From a virus, in the IMG/VR virus record IMGVR_UViG_3300044491_002068, positions 1 to 64,000 of that record: DNA of 64,000 nt, one strand, 5' to 3'. The first letter of the stretch is position 1. Every line of letters starts with the position of its first letter. Shown piece by piece: positions 46,490 to 55,474 of the stretch. Made by a program: the position numbers and the translations under genes. The notes under the pieces were generated by a model, which had not been told where the DNA came from, ran no database searches, and was given only the letters and a program-made list of their open reading frames with translations.

Positions 46490-46986
46490 TCAGCCTCAAC
46501 ATCGTCACCGTAACCAGCGTAATCAAGAATCTTGAGAGCCACAGACTCCAAGTGCGGATCAACACCGTAAAACGCACGAATAGCGTCAGGTAACGGACGA
46601 TCAGTGTTGGTCATCTCCATAACAACCGGAGACGCAAACGTAATCGCATTACCGTTATCGTCTAAAACTAACTCGTCGTTGTAGTAAATGCCGGTAACAG
46701 TCTGGCCAACAACGTAGCACGAAAACTTGATGGAATCAAGTTCGTCAGTCTTTCGGTTCGTGGCATTACGACGCCACGACTTCAACTGCTCATTAGTAAT
46801 ATTGGGTGAGAACCTAACAGTCACACCCTTACGCTCCGGCACAGGCATCTCAATTTCGGGACGAGTAACTTCCTTAGAAATCTCTTCCTTCAACTGATCT
46901 AGAACGGTAAGCCTACCGCCAGTCTTACGCTTCGGAGTTACCTCGTCAGCACTTGCTACTTCAATAATTTCGTTTTCGTCACTCAT
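46471..46986 (-). CDS. Tail assembly chaperone (gpG-like)
   Basis: Position before tape measure; acidic C-terminus ending EDPTKG. Confidence 0.75.
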   Translation of the reverse strand: MSDENEIIEVASADEVTPKRKTGGRLTVLDQLKEEISKEVTRPEIEMPVPERKGVTVRFSPNITNEQLKSWRRNATNRKTDELDSIKFSCYVVGQTVTGIYYNDELVLDDNGNAITFASPVVMEMTNTDRPLPDAIRAFYGVDPHLESVALKILDYAGYGDDVEAEDPTKG

Positions 46987-46992
46987 AGAGTT

Positions 46993-47021
46993 ATGATAGT
47001 AATTTCCATCAATCCTGTCAA
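46993..47021 (-). promoter_or_regulatory. Sigma70-type promoter, leaderless geometry
   Basis: TTGACA-17-TATCAT-6 nt-ATG. Confidence 0.75.
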
Positions 47022-47034
47022 CTACTTAGAAAAA

Positions 47035-47784
47035 TTAATCGGCTAGCGCTTCCCAAGTGCGCTTACCAACAACGCCGTCCACAGTCAGCCCCTCATCCTT
47101 CTGAAACTGACACACAGCATTATAGGTAACCTTGCCAAAAACCCCGTCAATACCGGAACTAGTCTTAGGGCGCTTAGACAACTTGTACCCATTCTTATCC
47201 AGCAATTTTTGTAAAAACTCCACTACTACGCCACGGTCACCACGGCGCAATGTAGTGTCAAAACAAGCGGAAATGAACTTAAGAACGCCAGCCTGTTCTG
47301 ACTTGACAGAAGCCGCACGAGGTATCTTAACCTCACCCTTAACCGGGAACCACTCCATCTTTGTTCCGCTAACCTTGCACGGTTGATGATGCCACCACTC
47401 AGAAGAAACTGTCTTAACAATACCATATTCTGCGGCAATAGCATTAATTTCAGAAGTAGACAAAGTTTTATCCATCTGACGGAAATCTACAGCATACCCG
47501 TATCCTTCAAAACTGGGCTGAGACATATGATACGACCCCTGAAACCCTGCACTGTTTCTGCGGTCAGGATTAGCGGCCAAATTAAAACCACGCTTACGAG
47601 ACTTGTAGCCGTCATACAAATACTTCTGCTGCTGATACGACCTTACTCCAGAACTCACACGCACACGATGACCCTTGGCCAAATTAGTGATACGTGGGTC
47701 GTTGAAGAACGCCTCAAGTCGTGCCTTGAACTTAGGATGAAGGTCTTTCACATTAACGTGATTGCCTGTCGTCGGAATACTCAT
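47035..47784 (-). CDS. M15 (VanY-like) Zn peptidase with peptidoglycan-binding domain
   Basis: SGVRSYQQQ..LY, AANP, GSYH...YAVD, EWWH; C-terminal LRRGDRG..V..LQ...DG.FG..T...V..FQ...GL.VDGVVG..TW. Confidence 0.85.
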   Translation of the reverse strand: MSIPTTGNHVNVKDLHPKFKARLEAFFNDPRITNLAKGHRVRVSSGVRSYQQQKYLYDGYKSRKRGFNLAANPDRRNSAGFQGSYHMSQPSFEGYGYAVDFRQMDKTLSTSEINAIAAEYGIVKTVSSEWWHHQPCKVSGTKMEWFPVKGEVKIPRAASVKSEQAGVLKFISACFDTTLRRGDRGVVVEFLQKLLDKNGYKLSKRPKTSSGIDGVFGKVTYNAVCQFQKDEGLTVDGVVGKRTWEALAD

Positions 47785-47856
47785 AACTTTACCTTTTGTA
47801 GAAAATACGTTACGTATCTACAGTATAACAAAACAGAATGGAAATCAACCACTGCA

Positions 47857-47889
47857 CAAAAGAAAAAGCGCTACCTAAGTAGCGCCCTT
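47857..47889 (-). terminator. Intrinsic terminator after tail tube gene
   Basis: GCGCTAC-TTAG-GTAGCGC followed by TTTTTCTTTT. Confidence 0.8.
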
Positions 47890-47916
47890 CCTTTAAATTG
47901 TTTATGTGTTAGTTTA

Positions 47917-48366
47917 TTACGCCGCCGAAACAGTGCTGACAGAGAAAGTCAGCGAGTATGACGCAGGCGCACCCGAAGATGCGTCGCCGTCAGGCTCCGT
48001 AAGTCCAACAAGCAGAGTCTTAGCATACACACGCTCTGACCCCGGCTCTTTAAGTTCACAGTTAAGCGTGAGAATAGTCAAGTCATAGTAAGTCATACCA
48101 ACCAACTGACGAAGATTGTTCAACTTTGGACCATCTTCGTCAGGATCGTAAAACTTGCTAATCGTGATATCACCAATCTCTGAGGGAGCACAAAGAACCT
48201 CAGGGAACGTGCTGTTACCATCATAAACTTTTTCTACAGCAGCACTGATTTCTCCGCCGCTAACAGTTGCAAAGTACTTCGGGAAAATCGGGCCGGGAGC
48301 GTGCCCCGGAACGTTTCCTGTCGGTTCGATTGTTGCAACAATTTGCCTTTGAGTTGCCTTAGCCAT
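47917..48366 (-). CDS. Tail tube protein
   Basis: 149 aa directly after sheath; F...SGGEI.....K.Y.G pattern. Confidence 0.8.
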   Translation of the reverse strand: MAKATQRQIVATIEPTGNVPGHAPGPIFPKYFATVSGGEISAAVEKVYDGNSTFPEVLCAPSEIGDITISKFYDPDEDGPKLNNLRQLVGMTYYDLTILTLNCELKEPGSERVYAKTLLVGLTEPDGDASSGAPASYSLTFSVSTVSAA

Positions 48367-48378
48367 TTAAATATCTCC

Positions 48379-49896
48379 TTAGATTACGGGGGCCGAGAGA
48401 TTGCTCTTAGTGATAACAATATCAATTAGGTCCGCAACACCGGAAACCCGGACACCGACCTGAGCCTTAACAAGCCCAGTAGCAAGTTGCGTAGTGGGGT
48501 TGATTGTGCTATCAACCACAACGTTGTAACCGGGGTCAATGAGGACACCAGTCTCGTCGTATGCCTCAAACAATCCGCCAGCCACACGAATGGGCTCAAG
48601 GAATGCTTTGAGGGAGCCACGGATTTTACCGAACAGCCCGCCACGACCATCAATGGTCGAAAACACATACTGCTCCATGCGCTCCTCAGCACCGACAACA
48701 ATGTAATTCAGAGTGTCACGCTGAGTAATATAACGCCAGTTAGCCTCATCGTTAGAAGCAGAGCGAGCACCATACACACGGAAAGTGTTACCAATCTTAC
48801 GGATAGCGTTCACACGAGCCTCATCAAGTGCATCACCAGTAGCAGGTGTCACATCGTAAGCAAGTGCTCTGACAGTACTGGCCTGAGAAATCTGACCAGC
48901 ACCCGCACGCCATGGGCCACCCGCCTCTTGAATAGCACGGGCACGAGCACCCGCCGCATACGCATCAGCAGTAATCGTAATTGTAGAACCCTGCACAGGG
49001 TTTGTACCCGTAGCAAGTTCTGGAGCAGACGGAGCCGCAACCTTAATCTGTGGCCAATAAAATGCCATGTAACTAGCCTTAGGATCAGCCGCATAATCAG
49101 CAGCCGCAGACTTAGCGGCAGACGCTGTAGTTGAGTCTAAACCAATAATTGCAATCCGATTATTAGCAGCAGCATGATCACGCAAATCATCCCACACCGC
49201 AGACTTGTTCTCTGCAGAAAAACTGCTTAAAAGCGCAGGAGCGCAAATAGCACCACTCTTAAAGTTAGGGCTAATCGGAGTAGTGTCTGGGTGAATAGCA
49301 GCAGAATACTCTGAAGGAGTTACGTCAGAACCATCTGATCCTCCAGCGAGAGTGTAGTCCGCAACCTTAGGCACTAACTCTGTTGAAGAAGAATGCAAAG
49401 ACAACTCCACCAAATGGCTGACAGCCGAAGAATTTATAACATTAATCGCATCAGTGACGCTAGTCAAGTCACGGGTCGTGAGAAGAACAACATCATCCAA
49501 AACAACCTTAATCTTGAAACCAGAAACATCAGCCGCAACGACATTCACATCCAGATATGCAGCCCACGCTCCAGCATTCTTCGCTGTAGCAGTCAAAGTT
49601 TCAGCATCGTCAGCATCAAGAAGATCAATAGTTCCTGTTGCGTTAGACGCACCAATAATACGCATCACATAACAACGTGAGCCACCCTCATCAAAGAAAG
49701 CCTTCACATGAGGATAAAGTGATCCTGATTCGTAGTTTCCGTAGTAGGTCGTATAGTCGCTGAACGAACGAAGAAGCGTGGGCTCATCCAAAGGACCACG
49801 CTCAGTCTCGCCAACCATAAATACTTGACCTGCCACGATATCTCCAGTACCCACAGGACCAGTGCGGACTGCAGTAGTGACGTTAACTCCCGGCAT
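48379..49896 (-). CDS. Contractile tail sheath protein
   Basis: MPGV.V, FMVGETERGP, FFDEGG..CYV.RI, YWP, RVNAIR, VYGARS, WRYI..R. Confidence 0.93.
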   Translation of the reverse strand: MPGVNVTTAVRTGPVGTGDIVAGQVFMVGETERGPLDEPTLLRSFSDYTTYYGNYESGSLYPHVKAFFDEGGSRCYVMRIIGASNATGTIDLLDADDAETLTATAKNAGAWAAYLDVNVVAADVSGFKIKVVLDDVVLLTTRDLTSVTDAINVINSSAVSHLVELSLHSSSTELVPKVADYTLAGGSDGSDVTPSEYSAAIHPDTTPISPNFKSGAICAPALLSSFSAENKSAVWDDLRDHAAANNRIAIIGLDSTTASAAKSAAADYAADPKASYMAFYWPQIKVAAPSAPELATGTNPVQGSTITITADAYAAGARARAIQEAGGPWRAGAGQISQASTVRALAYDVTPATGDALDEARVNAIRKIGNTFRVYGARSASNDEANWRYITQRDTLNYIVVGAEERMEQYVFSTIDGRGGLFGKIRGSLKAFLEPIRVAGGLFEAYDETGVLIDPGYNVVVDSTINPTTQLATGLVKAQVGVRVSGVADLIDIVITKSNLSAPVI

Positions 49897-50018
49897 GTTT
49901 AGCCTCCATTTTCCTTGTTTCTATCAATACCGTATTGATTTGCCCTGCGGGGCTAAGACCAAAAAAGTCTTCTCTATCAACTATTATATTACCATGATAC
50001 GTCTACGTGTGAAGGTAA

Positions 50019-50888
50019 CTATATCGTAGAAGATTTAAATGGAATCCCATACGTGGGCAGTACATCTTCCATCCAGCCCTGAGAACTATTCAAAGCCAGC
50101 GCTTCTGAAAGATTCTTAGGTGACTTATCATCAGCAGGCGCAGGATCATACCCAAACTCGTAAATATAGTTTCCATCTGTAAACAGATCGCCTGCACGCA
50201 CCCTCTGCTCAATGATTCTATAACGGCCACGCATCGGACCTTCTCCATGCTCCTGAGCATACGACCTAGACGGCGTAACCCAGTCACCCGAATTGATAGC
50301 ATCAACACCTTCCTCAGGCACCGCACGATACATGATCACTTCGGCATCCGGATTGCCACGGGCCGCAGATATAATCGAAAATAGTTCTCTATCTCGTCGG
50401 GCGTCTGCGGGATCACCAGAACCGTACAACCGCATTCCCATTGGAGAATAAACATCTTCAGGATATATTGCACTTAAATCATGTAATGCTGCACCAGTGT
50501 CTCGTGTAGGAGCAGAGTGGAGGCCACGGTAATCCTCGATAGTAGGTCCCTTATCGACAGTACCTAAAGTTGTAGTAATATTTCCCATTGAATCGCCAAT
50601 GGTACCCAAACGATCACCAATAGAAAGGTTTTCAGTTCTCCACGTCTGAGAATACGAAACGTCATTACCATCAGCATCAACTAGACGTAACCCGTCTAAC
50701 TGTGAAATATTAGTACCAGTAAGCAGATCAGAAATTTCTTCGCCAGCCGCATTAATGTACTTAGCGCCAGCAGGTCGTTCAAATGCCGTACCCTCCTGAA
50801 CAACACCGTCATTATCGGCATCCTTAGGGTTACGATTATACGGCTCTGCCCGTAAACCACCCCATCGTGTAGCGCCACCAATAGCCAT
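50019..50888 (-). CDS. Hypothetical protein with putative ADP-ribosyltransferase-like C-terminal domain
   Basis: N-terminal DADNDGVVQEGT motif; C-terminal MYRAVP...GDWVTPSRSYA...YEFGY resembles an R-S/T-E ART core. Confidence 0.5.
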   Translation of the reverse strand: MAIGGATRWGGLRAEPYNRNPKDADNDGVVQEGTAFERPAGAKYINAAGEEISDLLTGTNISQLDGLRLVDADGNDVSYSQTWRTENLSIGDRLGTIGDSMGNITTTLGTVDKGPTIEDYRGLHSAPTRDTGAALHDLSAIYPEDVYSPMGMRLYGSGDPADARRDRELFSIISAARGNPDAEVIMYRAVPEEGVDAINSGDWVTPSRSYAQEHGEGPMRGRYRIIEQRVRAGDLFTDGNYIYEFGYDPAPADDKSPKNLSEALALNSSQGWMEDVLPTYGIPFKSSTI

Positions 50889-50900
50889 ACTACTATCCTA

Positions 50901-51773
50901 TCATGCAGACGGAGTTACTTCAAGGCTGCTAGCCGAATATGCTCCAGTACCCGCAGAGTTTAGCGCTGCTACTCTGAACTGATATCCTACACCATTAGTT
51001 AGACCAGTAACCGTGTAAAACCCCTGAGTAGAGGATGTATCGGCTACAGCAGTCGTCCACGTAGCACCTGAATCGGTACTCTGCTGAATAACGTAACCAG
51101 TAATATTATGGACGCCGCCATTCCATGTAGACTCATTCCAATTCAGCACCACTTCAGTATTGCTAGCCACAGCAACCAAACTAGTCGGTGCATTCGCAGT
51201 AACAGGCATCTTTGTAACAGTAACTTCACTGCTCTGCTGAATACCTAACGGATCAACGTCAACAACTTCTTCAAGTGACAAATCGTAAGCAATATATGCG
51301 CCTGCCAACAATCGCTCACCCTTGATTAAAGTTAAATCTGAAAACTCTTCTCTAATTGTACCCTCATCAATTTTCGGGTAACACGGAACAGACGAATCAT
51401 ACCTAGACAGCGACGGACCGTCCATCAACGCTTCACGAACCACCGTTGTCAAGTTGTCACGCTGCTCAGTTACCGTCTCAGCACCAGACGCACGAGTCCA
51501 CACATATGTGCGCATCTCGTAAGTTACACGAAAATTAGGGTCAGCATCCGGCTCATAATCAGTCCGAGTAACAGAACGTGTGTTGATTACCATAGTAATA
51601 ATCGTTGGCCAAGCATCCAGCGCAAATGGCTCGTAACTCAAGTAACGACGTGGATCAGGTAACTGAGAACTGCTCAAATTCCAATAGTTTCTATACGTAA
51701 TCAAACGAGGAGGCATATCATTAGCCAAATAATTTGACACATAGTTTTTTGCTAATCTAGGACCCGACATCAT
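50901..51773 (-). CDS. Tail completion/terminator-like protein with C-terminal FN3 domain
   Basis: Neck-module position; APTSL.A...V.LNW...ITGY.I..S...W...YTVTGLTNG..YQFRVAA.N..G.G.YS. Confidence 0.7.
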   Translation of the reverse strand: MMSGPRLAKNYVSNYLANDMPPRLITYRNYWNLSSSQLPDPRRYLSYEPFALDAWPTIITMVINTRSVTRTDYEPDADPNFRVTYEMRTYVWTRASGAETVTEQRDNLTTVVREALMDGPSLSRYDSSVPCYPKIDEGTIREEFSDLTLIKGERLLAGAYIAYDLSLEEVVDVDPLGIQQSSEVTVTKMPVTANAPTSLVAVASNTEVVLNWNESTWNGGVHNITGYVIQQSTDSGATWTTAVADTSSTQGFYTVTGLTNGVGYQFRVAALNSAGTGAYSASSLEVTPSA

Positions 51774-51774
51774 T

Positions 51775-52269
51775 TTAGATCATAAACCCTCTCATGGCAT
51801 CGGCGTACTTAACCCCGATAGAACCATGTACGATGTACTCTGCCACAACGTTACCCGTACGCTGCTTCATCAGGTTTGGCACAAACACAGGCTTACGCTG
51901 AGCCATGTTGCGAGTACCCGACTGATGCCACCTTGCGTAAGGAATATCAGTACCGAACGTTGCGGTACTCAATCCTATGTCCCTGATCGAACCACGAGCA
52001 CTGTTCATAGTTAAACTGCGCTCTAAATCACCAGTCCTGACTAGGATGCCGTTTGCGCCATAATTCTCAGTCTTCCACGATGCGTACTGTGGGTCAAGAG
52101 GCGACCACGGGAAGCCTCTATCAGACATACCCTCACGACGAAAGTTGTCTCTATGGGACTTTTGTAACTCCTGCATGACCCAGCGTAACACTGGCCTAAA
52201 ATCACGAGAACGACGAGTCATAGCAGCGAACTTGCGCTTCAAAGCGCTGGTATCAACCTTGACGGTCAT
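51775..52269 (-). CDS. Virion morphogenesis / neck protein (Mu gpG-like)
   Basis: WSPL.P.Y...K...ILVRTG.L..S...FGT..PYA.WHQ.GT..M..R. Confidence 0.85.
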   Translation of the reverse strand: MTVKVDTSALKRKFAAMTRRSRDFRPVLRWVMQELQKSHRDNFRREGMSDRGFPWSPLDPQYASWKTENYGANGILVRTGDLERSLTMNSARGSIRDIGLSTATFGTDIPYARWHQSGTRNMAQRKPVFVPNLMKQRTGNVVAEYIVHGSIGVKYADAMRGFMI

Positions 52270-52270
52270 A

Positions 52271-52912
52271 TCAGGCCACCCTTACTCTTCGGTACCTCTT
52301 AATGCTCATGAGTTCACGCTCGCTGAACCCAGTCTCTAAAGGAGCGACATTTCTAGTAGTCAAATCCTTCAAACCTACAACATCATCATGCATATTCTGC
52401 ATCTCACGAGTAGCAGCACGCAACAACAACAACTTGAACGCTTTAATATTCGCACCGTCCAAACCGGCAGTGTACGTGATTGAAACACGATCATTTGCAA
52501 AGGCATTGAACAACTCAACACCGAAATCACGAGTAATGTAGTCTCGCTCGGCCACCTGAACTGTAGTACTTCCAGTAGGGCTAGCGGGTGTGATAGAAAT
52601 AGACGATACAGAAATCACAGGACTGTTCTCTAAGTACAAAGTGTACATTGGCGTATACACGATCCCCGGACCAGTAAGAGTCGTGGCGGGATCAGTCGCA
52701 TAATTGTAGTAGTACTGATTGTTATTTACACCACGACCGTAGTCGGGAATACGATAAGATTCAGTAAACTCGGTTTGCTCAATCGGACGACGCAAATACG
52801 CTTCTAACTCTGCCTGCAGACCGTCGATCACAAACTGTGCAGCATCTTCCTGCACATTTGTTAGCGTAATGTCCATGTATGTTGTAATGTCAGATACAGT
52901 TATAAGCGCCAT
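52271..52912 (-). CDS. Head-tail adaptor/connector protein
   Basis: LITVSDI..Y, E.YL.R, ITYTAG, L..I.RYRR.RV terminus. Confidence 0.75.
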   Translation of the reverse strand: MALITVSDITTYMDITLTNVQEDAAQFVIDGLQAELEAYLRRPIEQTEFTESYRIPDYGRGVNNNQYYYNYATDPATTLTGPGIVYTPMYTLYLENSPVISVSSISITPASPTGSTTVQVAERDYITRDFGVELFNAFANDRVSITYTAGLDGANIKAFKLLLLRAATREMQNMHDDVVGLKDLTTRNVAPLETGFSERELMSIKRYRRVRVA

Positions 52913-52948
52913 CTCAGTCCCACAAAGTCAAATTAAAAATTATATCAA

Positions 52949-53098
52949 TCAGCCCTGAGTACGAGCGCCCGGACCAGCAGTACCTCTAGGAGTCCTACCC
53001 TGCTCACGCAACCTGCGGCGGATACGCTCTCTAACACGGTTAATTAAGCCACGCTCTTCTCTAGTTTCGCTATCTTTGATAGTAATTGGCTCAGGCAT
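52949..53098 (-). CDS. Small Arg-rich protein (49 aa)
   Basis: MPEPITIKDSETREERGLINRVRERIRRRLREQGRTPRGTAGPGARTQG*; GGAGG RBS and upstream TATTAT -10; missed by ORF track. Confidence 0.65.
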   Translation of the reverse strand: MPEPITIKDSETREERGLINRVRERIRRRLREQGRTPRGTAGPGARTQG

Positions 53099-53169
53099 CG
53101 AAAACCTCCAAAAGTTCATTCTTCCACTACTTATAATACCGCAATATATGGGTGGTTTGAGATTACTCC

Positions 53170-53661
53170 TTACTCATCTCCCATAGGGAAAAAGAAACTC
53201 CCATCTAACAACATCATACCAATGACCGAATACCCGATAATATCCATGTAGGTATCCTCTAACGCCTCATTTTTTGCAGAAGCGCCAGACGCCAACAAGT
53301 TCTCTAGACGAGCAACTTTATCGTGAAGGCGCAGAATCAGACCTTTATGCGAAAATCTGGCAATATTTTCTGGACCGTAGTCTCGCTGCTTGTCGCACAA
53401 AGTATTAGCCACAAACACCTGATCCATTGAAGGATTTGCATTTAGAGACATGCACGCAAGTTGCGACCACAACGACGAACTAGTCAACTCTTCAGTACCC
53501 AGAAAATAAGTTTCGATTAGCATATCTACATGCTCACGGATATCTCTAGTTATATCTTCAGACTTTACAAGGGGAGCCATTTCCCACACGAACTTTGTAT
53601 GGATATGGGCTGAGGACTCCCAAGTCTTTGATAGTTGGTCAGTTACCACGTTGACCTCCAA
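53170..53661 (-). CDS. DUF1599 / nucleotide-modification-associated domain 1 protein
   Basis: KQRDYGPENI, GL..RL.DK.ARL.NL, NE.LEDT..D..GY. Confidence 0.8.
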   Translation of the reverse strand: MEVNVVTDQLSKTWESSAHIHTKFVWEMAPLVKSEDITRDIREHVDMLIETYFLGTEELTSSSLWSQLACMSLNANPSMDQVFVANTLCDKQRDYGPENIARFSHKGLILRLHDKVARLENLLASGASAKNEALEDTYMDIIGYSVIGMMLLDGSFFFPMGDE

Positions 53662-53944
53662 CGGCGTGGGAAATCATGACCTTCAGCATGTAAAACATCC
53701 AGAATGTTCCGGTTACCGCAAACGCTTGACCATAGCCGATTCCCGGCTCAAAGATGTCTAAATTTGGCCAAGCAGAATTCACTGCCATGTTTGAAAGCAT
53801 CACAGAAAGTGCTGTCATTCCATTAAAAATACCAAAGACAAAAATGCCGTTAAGTAATGACAGTGCTGGGCCCATGCGATCAGGTTTACTTTCTTGAGTG
53901 AGTTTACCGAGAATTGTTTCCCAGTCGTTTCTATCGTTGTTCAT
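53639..53944 (-). CDS. Small membrane protein
   Basis: Two hydrophobic segments. Confidence 0.65.
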   Translation of the reverse strand: MNNDRNDWETILGKLTQESKPDRMGPALSLLNGIFVFGIFNGMTALSVMLSNMAVNSAWPNLDIFEPGIGYGQAFAVTGTFWMFYMLKVMISHAVGGQRGN

Positions 53945-54320
53945 TTTTCTCCTTAACTATTTGATGAATTCGCTGACGAGACAAACCGTAAGCCTTGGCA
54001 ATTTCAGAAAGCGACGAGCCTTTGGAATATGCGACACGGATTTTGTTGTTGCGTAGAACAACCAACGCATGTGATTGGGGCCCCGGTCTCAATGGCCCCC
54101 AGTCCCAAGTCGGTATACTTGCTAGTAGCCGTACCCTATCATCTGACAGTGCATTCTGTCTGTATCTTGTACGCATATAACTGACCCAGTTACCCAAGTT
54201 AATTTCTTCACCAGAGTCTAAGAACTCTATGTGCCCACTAGGAACTGCTGCGTCGCCATACCGCTGCTGATACTGTACTAGGGCACTATAGTGCTTCTTC
54301 CATCGTGCGTTATGGTTCAT
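53931..54320 (-). CDS. Helicase-associated (HA) domain + C-terminal HTH protein
   Basis: W...Y.AL..Y...YG...VP...LG.WV...R..YR...LS..R..LL..I..W.W; SLSEIAKAYGLSRQRIHQI. Confidence 0.8.
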   Translation of the reverse strand: MNHNARWKKHYSALVQYQQRYGDAAVPSGHIEFLDSGEEINLGNWVSYMRTRYRQNALSDDRVRLLASIPTWDWGPLRPGPQSHALVVLRNNKIRVAYSKGSSLSEIAKAYGLSRQRIHQIVKEKNEQR

Positions 54321-54326
54321 AATTGT

Positions 54327-54355
54327 ATGTTATTAAAAATCGTCTTCCGTGTCAA
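54327..54355 (-). promoter_or_regulatory. Sigma70-type promoter, leaderless geometry
   Basis: TTGACA-17-TAACAT-6 nt-ATG. Confidence 0.7.
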
Positions 54356-54372
54356 GTTGTCGTTGCGAGAAT

Positions 54373-54726
54373 TTATGCAAACTCAATCGTTTTAGACAAC
54401 GCACGAATTGTTGCAATAGTCTCAGAAAGCCCTGCGGCCTCAGACCATACAACTAAATCATCACCTACTTCTGCTTCCAGCGCTTCCCAACAGTAAATAA
54501 ACCGCTTCCTGTAACTCGCCGGAATTGATTCCACAATTAAATAGAAATCATCGCACTCAGGTACGCCAGACAAACCAAAAATGGCACCAAGTGCATATGG
54601 TAAAGAAACTGAGCCGAACTCATCAACAGCGACAGTGTAAGAAAGCCCGCAGTAGTCGATCATATCAGCCAAATACGATAAATCAACAAAAATCTTTTGC
54701 TCTTGATATTTCTTTAACATCGACAT
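54373..54726 (-). CDS. Hypothetical protein
   Basis: Start trimmed to MSMLKKY: TATACT-6 nt-ATG; the longer 5' extension runs into a terminator. Confidence 0.65.
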   Translation of the reverse strand: MSMLKKYQEQKIFVDLSYLADMIDYCGLSYTVAVDEFGSVSLPYALGAIFGLSGVPECDDFYLIVESIPASYRKRFIYCWEALEAEVGDDLVVWSEAAGLSETIATIRALSKTIEFA

Positions 54727-54742
54727 AACATTAGTATAAATA

Positions 54743-54777
54743 CAAAGCGGGGTCCGGTGCAAGTGACCAGACCCCGC
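54743..54777 (-). terminator. Intrinsic terminator
   Basis: GCGGGGTCTGGT-CACTTGC-ACCGGACCCCGC-TTTG. Confidence 0.75.
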
Positions 54778-54925
54778 CTAGATAATTCGATTGTATAATC
54801 GGTTACCGGCTTCTTAACCGATCTCCACAATCTCCTCCTTCGGGGTTAGCCTACTTGCCGGTACAAGTATTAATCTATACCCCTAACTTGCGCCAAAACG
54901 CAACTCTCTTAACTATAATACCAAA

Positions 54926-55438
54926 TCACCCGAGCAGAGAATCTCCGGGCTTCCATGCGCAACCAGTAAGTCCACCTGTCTGAAGTGCCTTGAGAGTACG
55001 AAGTATTTCATCAACGTTTCGACCAGTATCCAAATCGTTCACAGTCAAAGAACGAATCATTCCATCTTCGTCTAAGATGAACGTGGCACGCAAAGCGACA
55101 TTTTCCCACTCATCATCAACACCAATCATTCTAGCCAAAGACAGTCCTGTATCGGCGCAAAGATTATGACGGATACCAGAAATCATAGCATTTTGGTTCT
55201 TCCACGCTAACTTGCAATACTCATTGTCCCCACTAAAACCAAGAACAGTTACGCCTTCATCAACAAGGCGATCCATCTCGGCAATTTCAGTGGGACAAAT
55301 GAAAGTAAAGTCCTTAGGGTAGAAATAAATTACACTCCACCCACCTAGAATGTCATCTAGGCAAATATCAACAATGTTGTTATCCCTATCAATGGACTTA
55401 ACTCCAAAAGGCGGGAACGGTTCTGCTACTCCAATCAT
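54926..55438 (-). CDS. ahpC: Peroxiredoxin (AhpC/TSA family)
   Basis: FYPKDFTFICPTE, ALRATFILD, GRNVDEILR, C-terminal GCAW. Start MIGV from promoter geometry. Confidence 0.92.
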   Translation of the reverse strand: MIGVAEPFPPFGVKSIDRDNNIVDICLDDILGGWSVIYFYPKDFTFICPTEIAEMDRLVDEGVTVLGFSGDNEYCKLAWKNQNAMISGIRHNLCADTGLSLARMIGVDDEWENVALRATFILDEDGMIRSLTVNDLDTGRNVDEILRTLKALQTGGLTGCAWKPGDSLLG

Positions 55439-55444
55439 ATGGGT

Positions 55445-55473
55445 ATGATACAAAGAATGGTAGAACTTGTCAA
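55445..55473 (-). promoter_or_regulatory. Sigma70-type promoter, leaderless geometry
   Basis: TTGACA-17-TATCAT-6 nt-ATG. Confidence 0.75.
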
Positions 55474-55474
55474 G

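Noticed and set aside
42852-49680. Numerous plus-strand ORFs over the tape measure and sheath genes
   Set aside because: Antisense to well-supported genes, with no motifs or RBS; explained by codon bias on the coding strand.
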